A DNA stretch of 64,000 nt from Eledone cirrhosa (taxonomy: Eukaryota). This document shows, piece after piece, positions 47,907 to 62,823 of this stretch. The notes beneath the pieces are model-generated. The model was not told the origin of the DNA. It was given only the letters and a program-made list of their open reading frames with translations, and did no database searches. The translations under genes were made by a program, and so were the position numbers. Each line of letters opens with the position of its first letter. The stretch's first letter is position 1. The stretch is taken from positions 1-64,000 of the forward strand of contig CAXHJY010000119.1 in the NCBI GenBank assembly GCA_964016885.1, written 5' to 3'.

Positions 47907-50308
47907 ATCATCATCATCATCATTTGACGTCCATTTTCCACACTAGCATCGGTAGCAGAGACAGTCCCTTTGTGAGAGAGCAGGTCAGAGGACTTTGATT
48001 TGCATACACAGAATTGATTTTGGCTTGTTTTCTACAGCTGGATGCCCTTCCTAATGCTAACCACATTTAGAGTGTGTATACCTACATGACCACTTTAGTG
48101 TGTGCTGGTTGGTTGCTTTTTGTCGTGTCACCATCATGACCATTTTACAGTGTGGGCTGGGCGCTTTTTGTTATGACACATACTCAACCACTTTACAGAG
48201 TGAACTGGGCACTTTTTGTCATGATATCTACATGACAACTATACAGTGAGGGCAGGGTGTTTTTGTCGTGACACCTACACAACCACTTTACAGAGTGGAC
48301 TGCACGCTTTTGTTGTGACACCTACACAGCCACTTTACAGTGAGGGCTGGGCATTTAATTTTGAGGCTCCAGGGAGTCAACTTTATGGTGAGGGTGGGTG
48401 AGGATTAGGGACTTGGATGGGGTGGAGAAGAAGCCTGAGGAATTGGAGACATAGGTATAGGGGTGGGATGATTACAGCAAGGGAGATGGTAGGGAAAGGT
48501 GTTGCCTACTAAATATATGCCTCAGCTCAAGCATGTTGGAAGGCGTGTCTTCTGTAATACTGAATAGCGCCAGAGAACACGGTTCTGTGTCATTGCCTTA
48601 GCGAAGTGTAATTGTGCAAGGCCAGCTTTTATTACCTCATCCCAAGTCTTCCTAGGCCTGCCCACTCCAAGGCTACCATCAACTATGAGCACTCTGCACT
48701 TTTTTATATTACTGTCATCCTTCATATGCATCACATGTCCATACCAATGCAATCTCCTCTCCTGCACACTGCATCTTATCTCTCTTATGCCTAATTTCTC
48801 TCGCAGTTCATTTATGCTTCGCCGTTCACTTATATTACTATTGCACATCCATTGAAGCATGGAGGCTTCATTCCTTTCCAATCTTCACAGGTCCTCTGTG
48901 CACAGTGCCCATGCCTCACTGTCATGCAACATTGCTGTTCGTTATAGTCATTGTTTCTTCGCTATAGTCATTAATAATTCTGACTTTGCTGATTGTTCTT
49001 TTATGCATGGCTTGTACTGCCCTCACAAGAAACCCATCTACTCCTAGTTTTCTAAGAACCCACCAGATAATGGAATGGGAAATCTGTCAAAAGCTTTCTC
49101 CAAGTCAACAAAAACCAAGTAGAGTGGTATACTCCTAGCTAGGTACTTCTCCTGCAGTAGTCTTACAAGGAAGTGGGCATCTGTGGTACTTTTACTTGGC
49201 ACAAATTCAAACTGCATCTCATCTAGGTTAACTCGTTCCTTAATCAGCTGAGCTATGACTCTTTCAGTGACCGTCATAACCTGGTCAACCAACTGAATGT
49301 CCCTGTAGTTTTCTCTATTTAGAGCATCGCCTTTGCCCTTGTAGCAGTTGACAATGATGCTGCTACGCCAGTGATTGGGTATGACACCATTTTGTATAAC
49401 TTGGTTAACAATGCAGGAGACTATGGTGTGGCTCACCATTCCTGATGCTTTCAGCATCTCAGCTGCCCTGCTTGACTTCATATCGTTGATTGCCTTACTT
49501 ACTATTCTACTGCTGACTTATACAGCCGGTCCCTCTGTTGGGTCAACATGTGACAAACTTTCTTCTTCCCATGCATTCTCCTTTCCATTCTACCTTCTTT
49601 TCAGCGTCAGTGAGGGCAAGTTTGCCAAAATCATTTTGTACACACTTCTCCCCACTGACATCACAATTTACCCTGACACATTGTCTTGCGATCCTTAACA
49701 CGTCATGCTTTTGATCATCATGCTGAAAAACATGCTTAATTTTTTTTGTTTTCTGCTTCCCTTCTTGCAATGTAAACTCGACGCCTAGCTTCTCCCCTAG
49801 CCTTCTGGTAGGCTTCTCTGCTACCCCCATTTCACCATTCCTTCCAAGCCTGTCTTTTGGCCTTAATTGTATCATCTACCTTACTATTCCACCACCAAGT
49901 AAGTCACTCTCCGTTTCCCTAGAGACCTACTCCAACCACAGGTTTCATCTGTCACCCTCAGTAGGTTTTCTTTTAGGAACTCCCACTGCTCCTCTATAAT
50001 GTATGTCTCTATGTGCTCTTCCTTACTGTCAAAGGCATCAGTGAATATACTTCTGAATTTGTTGTTGTTTGATGGGTCTTTTAACCGCCATACTCTGGTT
50101 GTCTTCTGTTGCCGAGTTCTTCTAGCCCTGATTACAAGGTCGCTAACTTCTAAGTTATGTTGGGAGATGCATTTTTCACTAGGGAGGGACTTTGTGTTCC
50201 TAATGGTTACTGTCTTACCTTCTGGTAAGAATGAAATCTATTTGGTTAGCATGCACACCTGATCTATAGGTGATTAAGTGGATGTCTCGTTTTTTGATGT
50301 TCGCGTTA
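47907..50308 (-). mobile_element. RTE-clade LINE, decayed and internally deleted, with a 3' UTR minisatellite and (ATG)n tail
   Basis: YKGKGDAL..NYR, MQFEFVP..STTDA, VFVDLEKAFDR, ERRLHWYGHVMHM, GRPRKTW. Confidence 0.9.
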
Positions 50309-50309
50309 C

Positions 50310-50356
<47 letters not shown>

Positions 50357-50389
50357 GTATGTATATATGATACAATATATATATATATA

Positions 50390-50785
50390 TGTGCAGGAGA
50401 GGGAGATTGCGTTGGTATGGACATATGTTGCGTATGAAGGATGACAACTGCATAAAAAAGTGCAGAGAGCTTAGTCGTTGGAAGCCTTGGAGTGGGGAGA
50501 CCCAGGAAGACCTGGGATGAGGTGAAAAAAGCCGACCTTGCCCAATTGCACCTCTCAGAGGAGATAACACATGACCGGGATCTCTGGCGATATGCAGTAA
50601 TACAGAAGACCCAACTTCCCATGAACAGAAGCTGAAGCATATGTACAGTATCCCACGCCCCCAACAACCCAGCCCACACTGTAAAGTGGACATGTAAAAG
50701 AAACGGCAAAAAGCGGCGCACACTGTAAAGTGGACACGGCAAAAAGCATCCAGCCCACAATGTAAATGTTGTTGGCATTAGGAAG
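50390..50785 (+). mobile_element. RTE-clade LINE, 3' fragment
   Basis: LRWYGHMLRMKDD...GRPRKTWDEV and the same 3' UTR repeat. Confidence 0.8.
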
Positions 50786-51684
50786 GTAATAATATAATGT
50801 CACATCATCTATATGTCTTTCTCCTCATTTGGGTCCGTATATATAAATGGAAGCAATAATCAAAAATAAAAAAAAAAGTAAAATGGAGTACAATAACATG
50901 CAGTTATATCAATAAAAGAATAAAATGTTGTTAACGGTGCACATATATAAATAAATTAAGTTCAACTTTTGGGGTGACATGCTTCAGACAATCTTAACTA
51001 TAATAAAGAAAGGAGTGCGGGATTGTGTCCAGAATATATTTTTTTACCCCATTTGTAAAATAAGTTGGATTACTTTGAATAAATAATGAATGAATATTAC
51101 ATAATTTATGTGCTAAATTTTGTGGCAGTTGATTAAATATATTTTATAACTTATTTAAAGACCTTTAAAATTTTCAAATGTCAACACTTCCGGTTAGCGG
51201 CTGTTATATTATAACACTTATAAAAATATTGCATATATTTCCGTCGCTAATTTTCTCCTAATGCAGTTTATATATAATATCGTCTTTTTTTAAATGTATC
51301 ATGGATTACGTTACTGATTACAGAAGACAGTGTAACATACATAGACTTTGTTCAATTTCTGTGTATATTGTCAATTACAATTTTATTTGATGTATCATAT
51401 CTCCATGCATATATATTTGTGTATAATATCAATATACACACTACACATGCTAGCAGAAAAACCACCCGACGGACGGTTTTCTGCTAGTATACCCTAATAT
51501 TCATATTAATATATATATTCTTATATATTCTGTTACTATGTCGTCTATAATTGGGGGTGTGATTCGACAGATAGACACGGCCTGAGGTCCATGAGGTAAA
51601 CCAAAGGAGGGATGCATGAACACGTCGCTCTATAGTGCTCACTCTACTATTATCCGGGAATTCCAGTGCAAAAAAGGTGCAATT

Positions 51685-51862
51685 CCATTGATGCCTGCAT
51701 ACTATGATAACTTCAGATTTTAGGTTGACTGCATTATCCTTTAATCTGACTATCTCCATGGATTCTGTCAGACATAGTCTACATAGTCCTTCACCGGTGG
51801 AATATGCAACCACACGTTGTACTACACTCCAGTAGAACTTGTACGCTGTGCCACTATCTTTC
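51685..51862 (-). pseudogene. PLE GIY-YIG endonuclease, C-terminal remnant
   Basis: LKDSGTAYKFYWSVVQRVVAYSTGEGLCRLCLTESMEIVRLKDNAVNLKSEVIIVCRH; same motif series as 13510-13860. Confidence 0.7.
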
Positions 51863-52367
51863 AGACCCCTATCGGTGGTATAGGAACAGTAAATATAGTA
51901 GTAAGTGACGTCTGAACGCGCACGACAGCTTGACTGGAGGATAGACAAACGCCACCCAGAGAATAGCATGATGATGATAATGGGATAATTGAACCAATGA
52001 AAAGGCCGAAATAACAGGATGATAATATGTGCTGTAGATAATAGTTGAAGTGTTTCAACAAACAGAATCGGAGACGAACTAATATACCAAACATATCTGA
52101 TGAACTTTTGATTACAGAATCAGGTTCGATCTGTAATAGATCTTGCCTCGAGCTAATTGATAGAGGAACATATGTAATATGTTATTAAATATATGATATG
52201 ATATGCAACACTGAATCCTCGTTCTTTATCGTTATATTATATTTTGCTCTGCGCGAGCATCGAGTGTTCAACTGGCATACCGCCTACGGACACATTTATC
52301 TTGCAACCTTAGAATAATATATATATATATAACGTATATATGTCTGTATATCTATCTGTCTATATAT

Positions 52368-52398
<31 letters not shown>

Positions 52399-52453
52399 GA
52401 GTAGTAATAATAAATGTGAAGACTAAAATCCAAAGAGGGCTCGATAAGGATAA

Positions 52454-55400
52454 TCATCATCATCATCATCATCATTATCATACGTCCGCTTTTCCTTGCT
52501 TGCAAGGGTGGGACAGGTCTTATTCAGCACAGCATCTCTCCACTTGTCACGGTCTTTTGTCATCTCCTCCGTGAGCTTCAGCGATCTGAGGATTTGTCCT
52601 CACCACCTCCACCCATGTCTTTCTTGGTCTTCCTCTACTGCGTCTTCCTTCTACTGGGATTTCTTGGCAATTCTTTACTCAGTGGTCATCCTCCATGCGC
52701 ATCACATGCCCATACCATCGCAGTCTTCTCTCCTGCACACTACAACTTATCCCTCTTATACATAGTTTCTCTCTCAACTCATCCATGCTTGGTCGTTCAT
52801 GCACATTAACATTACTCATCCAACGGAGCATGCTTGCTTCATTTCTCTCTGCAGTTACTGCCCATGTCTCACTACCATGCAGCATCGCGCATCTCACACA
52901 TTCATCATATAACCGTCCTTTCGTACGCAGGGAGAAACCCTTCTTTGTCAACAGAGGAAGCAGCCCCCTAAACTTCTTCCAACCCGTCCTTATTCTAGAT
53001 ACTATGGCCTCGGAACACCCCCCTGTACATCTACTGCATAGGTAGTTTTCCCTACCTGTTAGTTTGCCTGCTATCTCACTACATCTCTTGTGTACCCCAG
53101 ATCTGCATTACGTACATTTTATGGAATTTATTCCAGTTCCTTTCCTACATATCGAACATGGCCATTTCCCTGATGGAATCAGAGTATTGTCCTCTCTTCT
53201 ACTTATCAACACTTTTGTCTTAGCTATGTTCACTCTCAGACCTCTTGATTCCAACTGCTGTTTCCATAGCCAGAATTTCTTCTCAAGCTCCTCTACTGAT
53301 TCTGCTATAAGAACCAGATCATCAGCATAGAGAAGTTCCCATGGGCATCCAGTCTTAAACTCCTCTGTTATGGCTTGGAGGACTATAATGAACAAGAGTG
53401 GGCTGAGGACTGAAACCTGATGCACACCTACTTGTATCTGAAAATCCTCATTAAACTCCATGCCTACTCTCACTTTACTGACAGCACCCCTGTACATAGC
53501 TTGCACTGTCCTCACAAGCCATTCCTCTACACCTAGTTTCCTTAGGGACCACCAGATAACAGATCGGGCTACCCTCTCAAAGGCCTTCTCTAGGTCAACA
53601 AAAGCTAAGTATAGTGGCTTATTCTTCTCTAACAACTTCTCTTGTAGTTGCCTCACTAAGAAGAGGGCATCTGTTGTACTTTTCCCAGGCACAAAACCAA
53701 ACTGCATCTCATCTAATTTGATCCTTTTTCTAATCAGTTGTGCTAATATTCGCTCTGCTACTTTCATAACCTGATCCATCAGCTTTCTGCCCCTATAATT
53801 GCTCCACTCTAGAACATCCCCATTACCTTTGTAGCAATTTATGAGAATACTGCTGCACCAGTCTTTGAGTATGACACCACCATATATAGCTTGATTGATG
53901 ATGCGTGCAACCAGTTTAGTGCCTACTTCTCCTGATGCCTTCAGCATCTCAGCAACTATCCCCGACGCTCCAGCAGCCTTACCATTCTTCATTTCCTTAA
54001 TTGCCTCTTGTACCCTATATTCGTCAATCTCAATAGCTGGTCCCTCTGTTGGGTCTACTGGGGGTAATTTCTCTTTGTCCCATTTGTTCTCCACATTCAT
54101 CAGTCTCTCATAGTGACATTTCCAGGGCCTCCTTTTTTTGATCATTCTTCCGGACACACTTATCTCCAACAACATCCTGATTTGCAATGACACACTGCCT
54201 TGCAATGCAGAGCACCGCATGTCTCTGATCTTCCCGTTGCAGAACATTGGCAAACCTACTGTCGGCCTCCCTGCGTGCTAAGTACACCTGACGTCTAGCT
54301 TATCTCTTAGCGGCTGTGTATTTTTCCCTACTCCCACCATTTTTCCAAGCCTTCCATGCCACTCTTTTGTCTCTACTGGCCCTCTCTACCGTGCTGTTCC
54401 ACCACCAGGTCACTCTCTGTCTAGTTGGAGCTCTGCCCAAACCACAAGTTTCTTCAGTAGCCTGCAGTAAGTTGTCACGGAAGAAATTCCAGTTATCATC
54501 TATGTCATACAAATCTAAATCGTCTTCTTTTTCGTCATACACGTCTTGAAGGGCTTTGCTAAATTTATATTTTAATGAAAGGTCTTTTAGCTTCCAGACC
54601 TTTCTTTTCCACACCTTCCTGTATGTCTCATTCTTTCTCATGCTTACTGAGATGTCACTAACGACTAAACTATGCTGTGGGGTACATTCTTCCCCAGGGT
54701 ATGCCTTAGTATTTGACACCATCTGTCTGTCTCGCTGTCTAACTAGCAGGAAGTCAATCTGGCTTATGTGCTCGCCCGATTTGTAGGTTATTAGGTGGTT
54801 GGTAGGCTTCTGGAAGTTAGTGTTGCAAATGGTTAGTGCATTTGCATCACAAAATTCAAGAAGCCTGACTCCTTCTTCATTTCTTGAGCCGTAACCGTGC
54901 CCACCATGTACTCCAGTGTATCCATCCTGGAGCTGTCCAACATGTCCATTGAAGTCCCCTGCTAACATAATGATGTCTCTGTCCTCTGTCATTGAGGCTG
55001 TTTGTAAAAGTTGCTCGTAAAAGCAGTCTTTCTCTTCTTTACCCAGGCCTACCTGGGGAGCATAGACAGAGATGATTGTCAGAAGTCTCTTGCCTACAAC
55101 TAATCTGAGCTTATTTATTCTATCACTAACTCTAACTACCTCTTTTGTCTTATTGATCCATCTCTCAACCAGTAATATGCCCACCCCACCTAACCCATCA
55201 TCATTACCCGCCCAGAAAAGCTTATAACTACGATGTTTGCCTGCGATTAGTCTTGCAGAGGCACCTCTCAATCTCACCTCTTGCACACATCCACATGCCT
55301 TCTCTCCAGCATCTCTATCTCACCAGATCTACCTGTTAGAGTGCCAACATTAAGTGTGGCAACTCTGAGATGCGACGCCTGATTCCTTTTTCTGTTGTGC

Positions 55401-55660
55401 GATTGATTGATGACGGTCGTGGGGTTGTCACACATGGCCTCACTAGCCACCCCACTACCGTGCACAGCCCTAACATGGTTAGTGTTATTGCTGTTTACGT
55501 ATTTGTTTTTGTGCGATTGCTTGATGAGTGCGGGGGTTCTCGCACATGGCCGCACCAGCCACCCCACTATCATGTGCAGCTCTAAAATGGTTAGTGTTAT
55601 TGCTGTTTACGCAGTTGTTGCAAATTTCATTCATTGCGTTCATAGTGTTTGGCAGTAGTA
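52454..55660 (-). mobile_element. Near-full-length RTE-clade LINE (APE endonuclease, RT, Cys/His finger), frameshifted
   Basis: RVATLNVGTL, QEVR, GVGIL, ISVYAPQ, AGDFNGHVG, QIDFLL; FVDLEKAF, GVHQVSVLSPLLF, LLYADD; CSICRKG..NSI.C; (ATG)n tail near 52454. Confidence 0.93.
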
Positions 55661-56049
55661 TATATACTGGTTGGATGCCCTTCCTAGCCCCAGCACCACT
55701 TTACAGCATGGACTGGGTGCTTTTATTTGTGCCACCAGCACTAGAGAGTTTGTCTTACTAGACTCAGGGGCTCTCTTTACTCCTCCATTTTACAGCATGG
55801 ACTGGGTGCTTTTATTCGTGCCACCAGCACTAGGAAGTTGTCTTACTGGACTTAGGGGACTTCTCTACCCCACACCAATTTATTTGGAGAGGTAGCTCTC
55901 CTAGACGGGTTGCATACACTACAGCTTACGGAGCCTCCATCCACCCCTTTTCTGCCTGATTATATATATATATATATCATCATCATCATCGTTTAACGTC
56001 CATGTTCCACGCTTGCATGGGTTATATATATATATATATATATATCTGT

Positions 56050-56590
56050 ATAAAATATTAAACAAATAATGAATAAACAATTCCTTATATTAAACAAAAA
56101 AAGTTCATTATTTAACGATCGTTTCTAGGGTATATATGTGTTATAATTGGTATGCATATTCAACAGATCTATGTACAAAATTATACAAAATTATACAAAT
56201 TATCAAGATTAAATATACATACCTAACACATATATACGCCGTCTTCAGAAATTATTTCTGAAGACGGCGTATATATGTGTTAGGTATGTATATTTAATCT
56301 TGATAATTTGTATAATTTTGTATAATTTTGTACATAGATCTGTTGAATATGCATACCAATTATAACACATATATACCCTAGAAACGATCGTTAAATAATG
56401 AACTTTTTTTGTTTAATATAAGGAATTGTTTATTCATTATTTGTTTAATATTTTATCTTGACTCTGTATACCGTTTATCTTTCACCGAAAGTGGATTTTC
56501 ATTACATCTCTTCTTTCCATGATATCCGAAATACATTGAGTTCTTCATACGGATTGGACACTACCGTAAACTCTTGGTAGATTTATCTAC
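56050..56590. mobile_element. Short palindromic PLE pseudo-LTR insertion (203-bp arms centred on 56253, plus a 134-bp tail); same family as 9864-16958
   Basis: 56254-56590 matches the reverse complement of about 9864-10193; 56050-56252 is its inverted copy. Confidence 0.9.
56251..56399 (+). ncRNA. Hammerhead ribozyme with long stem II (mirror copy on the - strand at about 56107-56252)
   Basis: attattt-CTGAAGA(56258)...GAAA(56381)-cgatcg-TT-aaataat; stem II contains the perfect 14-bp helix gtatatatgtgtta/taacacatatatac. Confidence 0.65.
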
Positions 56591-56631
56591 ATATATCTGT
56601 ATATATATATATATATATATATCTGTGTATA

Positions 56632-56672
<41 letters not shown>

Positions 56673-56679
56673 GTGTATA

Positions 56680-56732
<53 letters not shown>

Positions 56733-57292
56733 GTATATATATATGTATATATATATGTATATGTATATGTATATGTATATATATATGTGTATATATATAT
56801 GTATATATGTATATATATATGTATATATGTATATATATATGTATATATATGTATATATATGTATATATGTATGTATATATATATATGTATATATATATGT
56901 ATATATGTATATATATATGTATATATATGTATATATATGTATATATGTATGTATATATATATATGTATATATATGTATATATGTATGTATATATATATAT
57001 GTATGTATGTATATATATATATGTATATATATGTATATATGTATGTATATATATATATGTATATGTATATATATATGTGTATATGTATATGTGTATATGT
57101 ATATGTATGTATATATATATATGTATATATATATGTATATATATGTATATATATGTATATATACATGTATATGTATATATATATGTGTATATGTATATGT
57201 GTATATGTATATGTATATGTATATATATATGTGTATATATATATGTATATATGTATATGTATGTATATATGTATATATATATATATATGTAT

Positions 57293-57328
<36 letters not shown>

Positions 57329-57653
57329 GTGTATATATATATTTATATATATGTGTGTATATATATGTGTATATATATGTGTATATATATATGTATATAT
57401 GTGTATATATATATATGTATATATGTGTGTATATATATATATGTATATAGATGTGTGTATATATATATGTATATATATGTGTATATATATGTGTATATAT
57501 ATATGTATATATATGTATGTATATATATGTGTATATATATATATATGTATATATATGTGTATATGTATATGTGTATATGTATATATGTGTATATATATAT
57601 ATGTATATATGTGTATATGTATATATGTGTATATATATATATGTATATATATG

Positions 57654-57684
<31 letters not shown>

Positions 57685-57709
57685 GTATATATATGTGTAT
57701 ATATATGTG

Positions 57710-57745
<36 letters not shown>

Positions 57746-57983
57746 TGTGTATACATATATCTGTATATATATATGTATATATATAAATATGTGTATATAT
57801 ATATGTATATGTATAAATATGTGTATATATATATGTATATGTATAAATATGTATATATATATATGTATATATATAAATATGTATATATATATATGTATAT
57901 ATATAAATATGTATATATAAATATGTATATATAAATATGTATATATATATATGTATGTATATATATATGTGTATATATATATG

Positions 57984-58015
<32 letters not shown>

Positions 58016-58147
58016 TATATGTGTATATATATATATGTGTATATATATATATGTGTATATATATATATATGTGTATATATATATATATGTGTATATATAT
58101 ATATATGTATATATATAAATATGTATATGTATATGTATATATATATA
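56591..58147. repeat. (TA)n/(TATG)n microsatellite
   Basis: Direct reading. Confidence 0.97.
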
Positions 58148-59370
58148 TGGTAGAACTAGAGAATAAATTCCAAACTTGGAAGCAGGGACTAGAAAGAAAG
58201 GGTCTCAAAGTCAACATGACAAAGACTAAGGTCCTTGTAAGTAGATGAGAAAACAGAACCCAGATCCCCTCAGGGAAATGGCCTTGCTCAGTATGTAGGA
58301 AAGGTGTAGGTAGGAACTCCATTCTCAGCCCCAAATGCAAACAATGGGTACACAAGAGATGTAGCGGGATCTCAGGAAGCTTAATTAAGAATGTAGGCTT
58401 TACATGCAGCAGCTGTGCTGGGACAGCAGGCAGCAAACAGCCACAGGAAACAAGTACCACCAATCTCTGGGAGGGCTCTGTAGAAACAGTAGACAGCTTC
58501 TGCTACCTAGTGACCGAATTAGCAGCCGAGGTGGGTGTTCAGAAAGTACAATAACTAGGTAAGAACGGGATGGAAGAAGTTTAGGGAACTACTACCACTG
58601 CTAGCTGCAAAAGGCTTCTCCCTTAGAATGAAAGGCAGACTGTATGATGCGTGTATCCGAACAGCAATGTTGCATGGCAGTGAGACCTGGGCGCTGAAGG
58701 TGGAAGACTTAAGTAGATTACAGAGAAACGAAGCCTGCATGCTCCGATGGATGTGTAACTAATATACGTGAACGACAAAGCATAAATGAATTGAGAGAGA
58801 GACTGAGCATAAGAGGAATCAAATGCTGTGTGCAGGAGAGGCAGTTGTGCTGGTATGGACATGTGATGCGTATGAAGGATGACAGCTGCATAAAAAGGTG
58901 CAGGGCACTATAAGTTGGCGGAAACCGCGGAGTTGGGAGACCCAAGATGACCTGGGATGAGGTGATAAAAGCCGACCTTACCCAATTACACCTCTCGAAG
59001 GCAATGAGTCACGACCGTGACTTCTGGCGTCACGCAGTAATACAGAGTACCCAACCTCCCATGGGTACAGGCTGAAGCATATAGACAATATGCCCCCACA
59101 CCCCCCACCGCAAGGTGGTCGTGTAGGTGCCACGGCAAAAAAAGCACCCAGCCCACACTGTAAAGTGGACGTGTAGGCGCCACGAAAAAGCACCCAGCAC
59201 TCACTGTAAATGAGGTTGGTGTTAGGAAGGGCATCCAGCTGTAGACATCAAGTCAAATCAGTTCCTATATGAGCAAGGCATGGTCAGCCGACCAGACACT
59301 GCCCACAACAGGACAACCCGTCTAACCCATCCTAGCGTGGAAGAACGGACGTAAAACAGTGATGATGATG
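58148..59370 (+). mobile_element. RTE-clade LINE, 3' fragment
   Basis: [44 protein letters not shown]; ends in gatgatgatg. Confidence 0.9.
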
Positions 59371-59434
59371 TATATGTATATATATATATGTATATATGTA
59401 TATATATGTATATATGTATATATATGTATGTATG

Positions 59435-59464
<30 letters not shown>

Positions 59465-59465
<1 letters not shown>

Positions 59466-60707
59466 GTGCTAAAACTAAAGTTCTAGTTTGTAGGAAAGAA
59501 AATAAGGCGCCGGTCCCTTCTTGGAAATGGCCATGCTCAGTGTGTAGGAAAGGCGTAGGTAGAAACTCCATTTTATGTCCCAAATGCAAGGTATGGGTAC
59601 ATAAAAGATGTAGTGGGATCACAGGTAAGCTAACTAAGAACATAGATTTTACATGTGGCCGGTGCTCTGGTGCAACAAGTAGCAGCATGTGCCCACAAAA
59701 TACTAGCTCTTTCAATTGCGCAGAGGGGTCTATAGAAATAGTGGACAGCTTCCGTTACCTGGGTGACAAAGTCAGCAGTGGGGGAGGGTGCTCTGAAAGT
59801 ACAGTAGCTAGAGTCAGAACTGGATGGAAAAAGTTCAGAGAGCTTATACCACTATTAGCCTCTAAAGAGTTCTCCCTAAAAATGAAAGGCAGGCTGTATG
59901 ATGCCCGCATACGAACAGCAATGTTGCATGGCAGTGAGACCTGGGCATTGTGTGCAGAGGATATATGCAGACTAGAGAGGAACGAAGCTTGCATACTCCG
60001 CTGGATGTGTAATAGTAATATACGCGAACGGCAAAGCATAAACGAACTAAGGGAAAGATTAGAAATAAGAGGGATCAGATGTTGTTTACTCGAGAGAAGG
60101 CTACGTTGGTATGGTCACGTAATGCGCATGAAAGACGACAGCTGTATAAAAAAGTGCAGGGCAATAAAGATGGACGGTAGCTGCGGAGTAGGCAGACCCA
60201 GAAAAACCTGGGACGACCTGATAAACTCCGACCTCACACACTTACACCTCTCCAAGACAATGTCACTGGACGGAGATCTTTGGCGCCACTCAGTAATAGA
60301 GAAGAAACGCCTTACCTAAATACAAAGTAAAACCTACTACAGTCAGTAGGCATCTCTAATAAAATACATCCCCGTCCCACCACCCCCACCCCATCCACAC
60401 CGCCCCTTTCAATGTAAAGTTATGTTGGTGCCACAACATCCAGGCCGAAACAAATGAGATCGTGTAGGTTTCATGACAAAAAACACACAGTCCACGCTGT
60501 AATGTGGCCGTGTAGGCAACACGGTAAAAACCTCTCAGTCCCACACTGTAAATGTGGTTGGTATTAGGAAGGGCATCAAGCTGTAGAAAACCCGCCAGAC
60601 AGTCCTATGCGAGCAAGACAACCACTCTAGCCTCAAGTGGGAAAACTCCCGTCCAAACCCATGCAAGCGTGGAACATGGACGTTGAACGATGATGATGAT
60701 GATGATG
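59465..60707 (+). mobile_element. RTE-clade LINE, 3' fragment with open C-terminal frame
   Basis: [66 protein letters not shown]; (GAT)n tail. Confidence 0.92.
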
Positions 60708-60729
60708 TATATATATGTAGTATATATAT

Positions 60730-60769
<40 letters not shown>

Positions 60770-60852
60770 GTATATATATATATGTATATATGTATATATA
60801 TATATGTATATATGTATATATATATATGTATATATATATATGTATATATATG

Positions 60853-60907
<55 letters not shown>

Positions 60908-60908
60908 G

Positions 60909-60953
<45 letters not shown>

Positions 60954-62229
60954 GTATATATATATATGTATATATATGTATATATATGTATATATATATA
61001 TGTATATGTATATATGTGTATATATGTATATATATGTATATATATATATATGTATGTATATATATATGTATGTATATATATATGTATGTATATATATATG
61101 TATATATATGTATATATATATGTATGTATATGTATATGTATATATATATGTATATATATATATGTGTATATATATATATGTGTATACGACCCGACCATGA
61201 GTACAACCTGTCTCATGGTCGGGTCGTTGGCGACTAAACTGGCAGCCCCATCAAGGTTTCTTGGTGAGGAGGGTGACTTTGGACATCCTGCAGGACTAAA
61301 AACAAAACCTGTCAAAGGGCAAAGGAGCTCTTAAGAGTCAATGGCCATCCAAAATCACCGGGAGAGATGACCCCTTAGCCTTTGTCAAGGCAGAATTCTA
61401 GGAGAAGGAAAACTCTGATATAACACCTGCAACCCTGATGGTATCCAATGATGTTGACTTGTTCTTCTTTTTGGTAAATATCATCTTGGTTAAGAGAGTG
61501 GGACTGGCTTTGTGCAGTGCCTTTGCTCACTATAAAAGCTTCACGGCACAGGCATTGCTTTATATCTTGAGATCTCTCTTCACTTGTCGTCACATGGTAC
61601 CATGGGTCCAGCACTATGTGTCAATAATTGTCACAAGTGTAGTGTTTATACCAGAGTTTTCAAGTCGCTGGCTGGACTAAAAAGTCACACTCGTTTAGCG
61701 CATCGATAGGGGTTCTCCTACATGGATATAAAGTAGTGGCCGTACTCGAAAACGAGTTGGCAGCCACCATATATATATGTATATATATATGTGTATATAT
61801 ATATGTATATATATATGTGTATATATATATGTATATATATGTATATATATATGTGTATATATATATGTATATATATATGTGTATATATATGTATATATAT
61901 ATGTGTATATATATATGTATATATATATGTGTAGATATATATGTATATATATATGTATATATATATGTGTATATATATATGTATATATATGTATATATAT
62001 ATGTGTATATATATATGTGTATATATATATATGTATATATATATGTGTATATATATATGTGTATATATATATATGTATATATATATGTGTATATATATAT
62101 GTGTATATATGTGTATATATATATATGTATATATATATGTATATATGTATATGTATATGTATATATATATATGTATATGTATATATATATGTGTATATAT
62201 GTATATATATATATATGTAAATATATATG

Positions 62230-62260
<31 letters not shown>

Positions 62261-62566
62261 GTATATGTATATATATATATGTGTATATATATATGTATAT
62301 ATGTATATGTATATATATATGTGTATATATGTATATGTATATATATATGTAATATATATATGTATATATATGTATATATATATATGTATATATATGTATA
62401 TATATGTATATATATATATGTATATATATATATATGCATATGTACATATATATATGTATATATATATATATATCTATATATATATGCATATGTACATATA
62501 TATATGTATATATATATATATATATCTATATATATATGTATATATATATATGCATATGTACATATA

Positions 62567-62623
<57 letters not shown>

Positions 62624-62696
62624 GTATATATATATGTATATATATATGTATATATATATGTATATATATATGTGTATATATATGTATATATATATG

Positions 62697-62727
<31 letters not shown>

Positions 62728-62792
62728 GTATATGTATATATATATGTATATATATATGTATATATATATGTATGTATATATATATATGTATG

Positions 62793-62823
<31 letters not shown>

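Noticed and set aside
52090-52160. Hammerhead candidate (ctgatga plus attacaga/tctgtaat hairpin)
   Set aside because: No downstream GAAA or closing stem I
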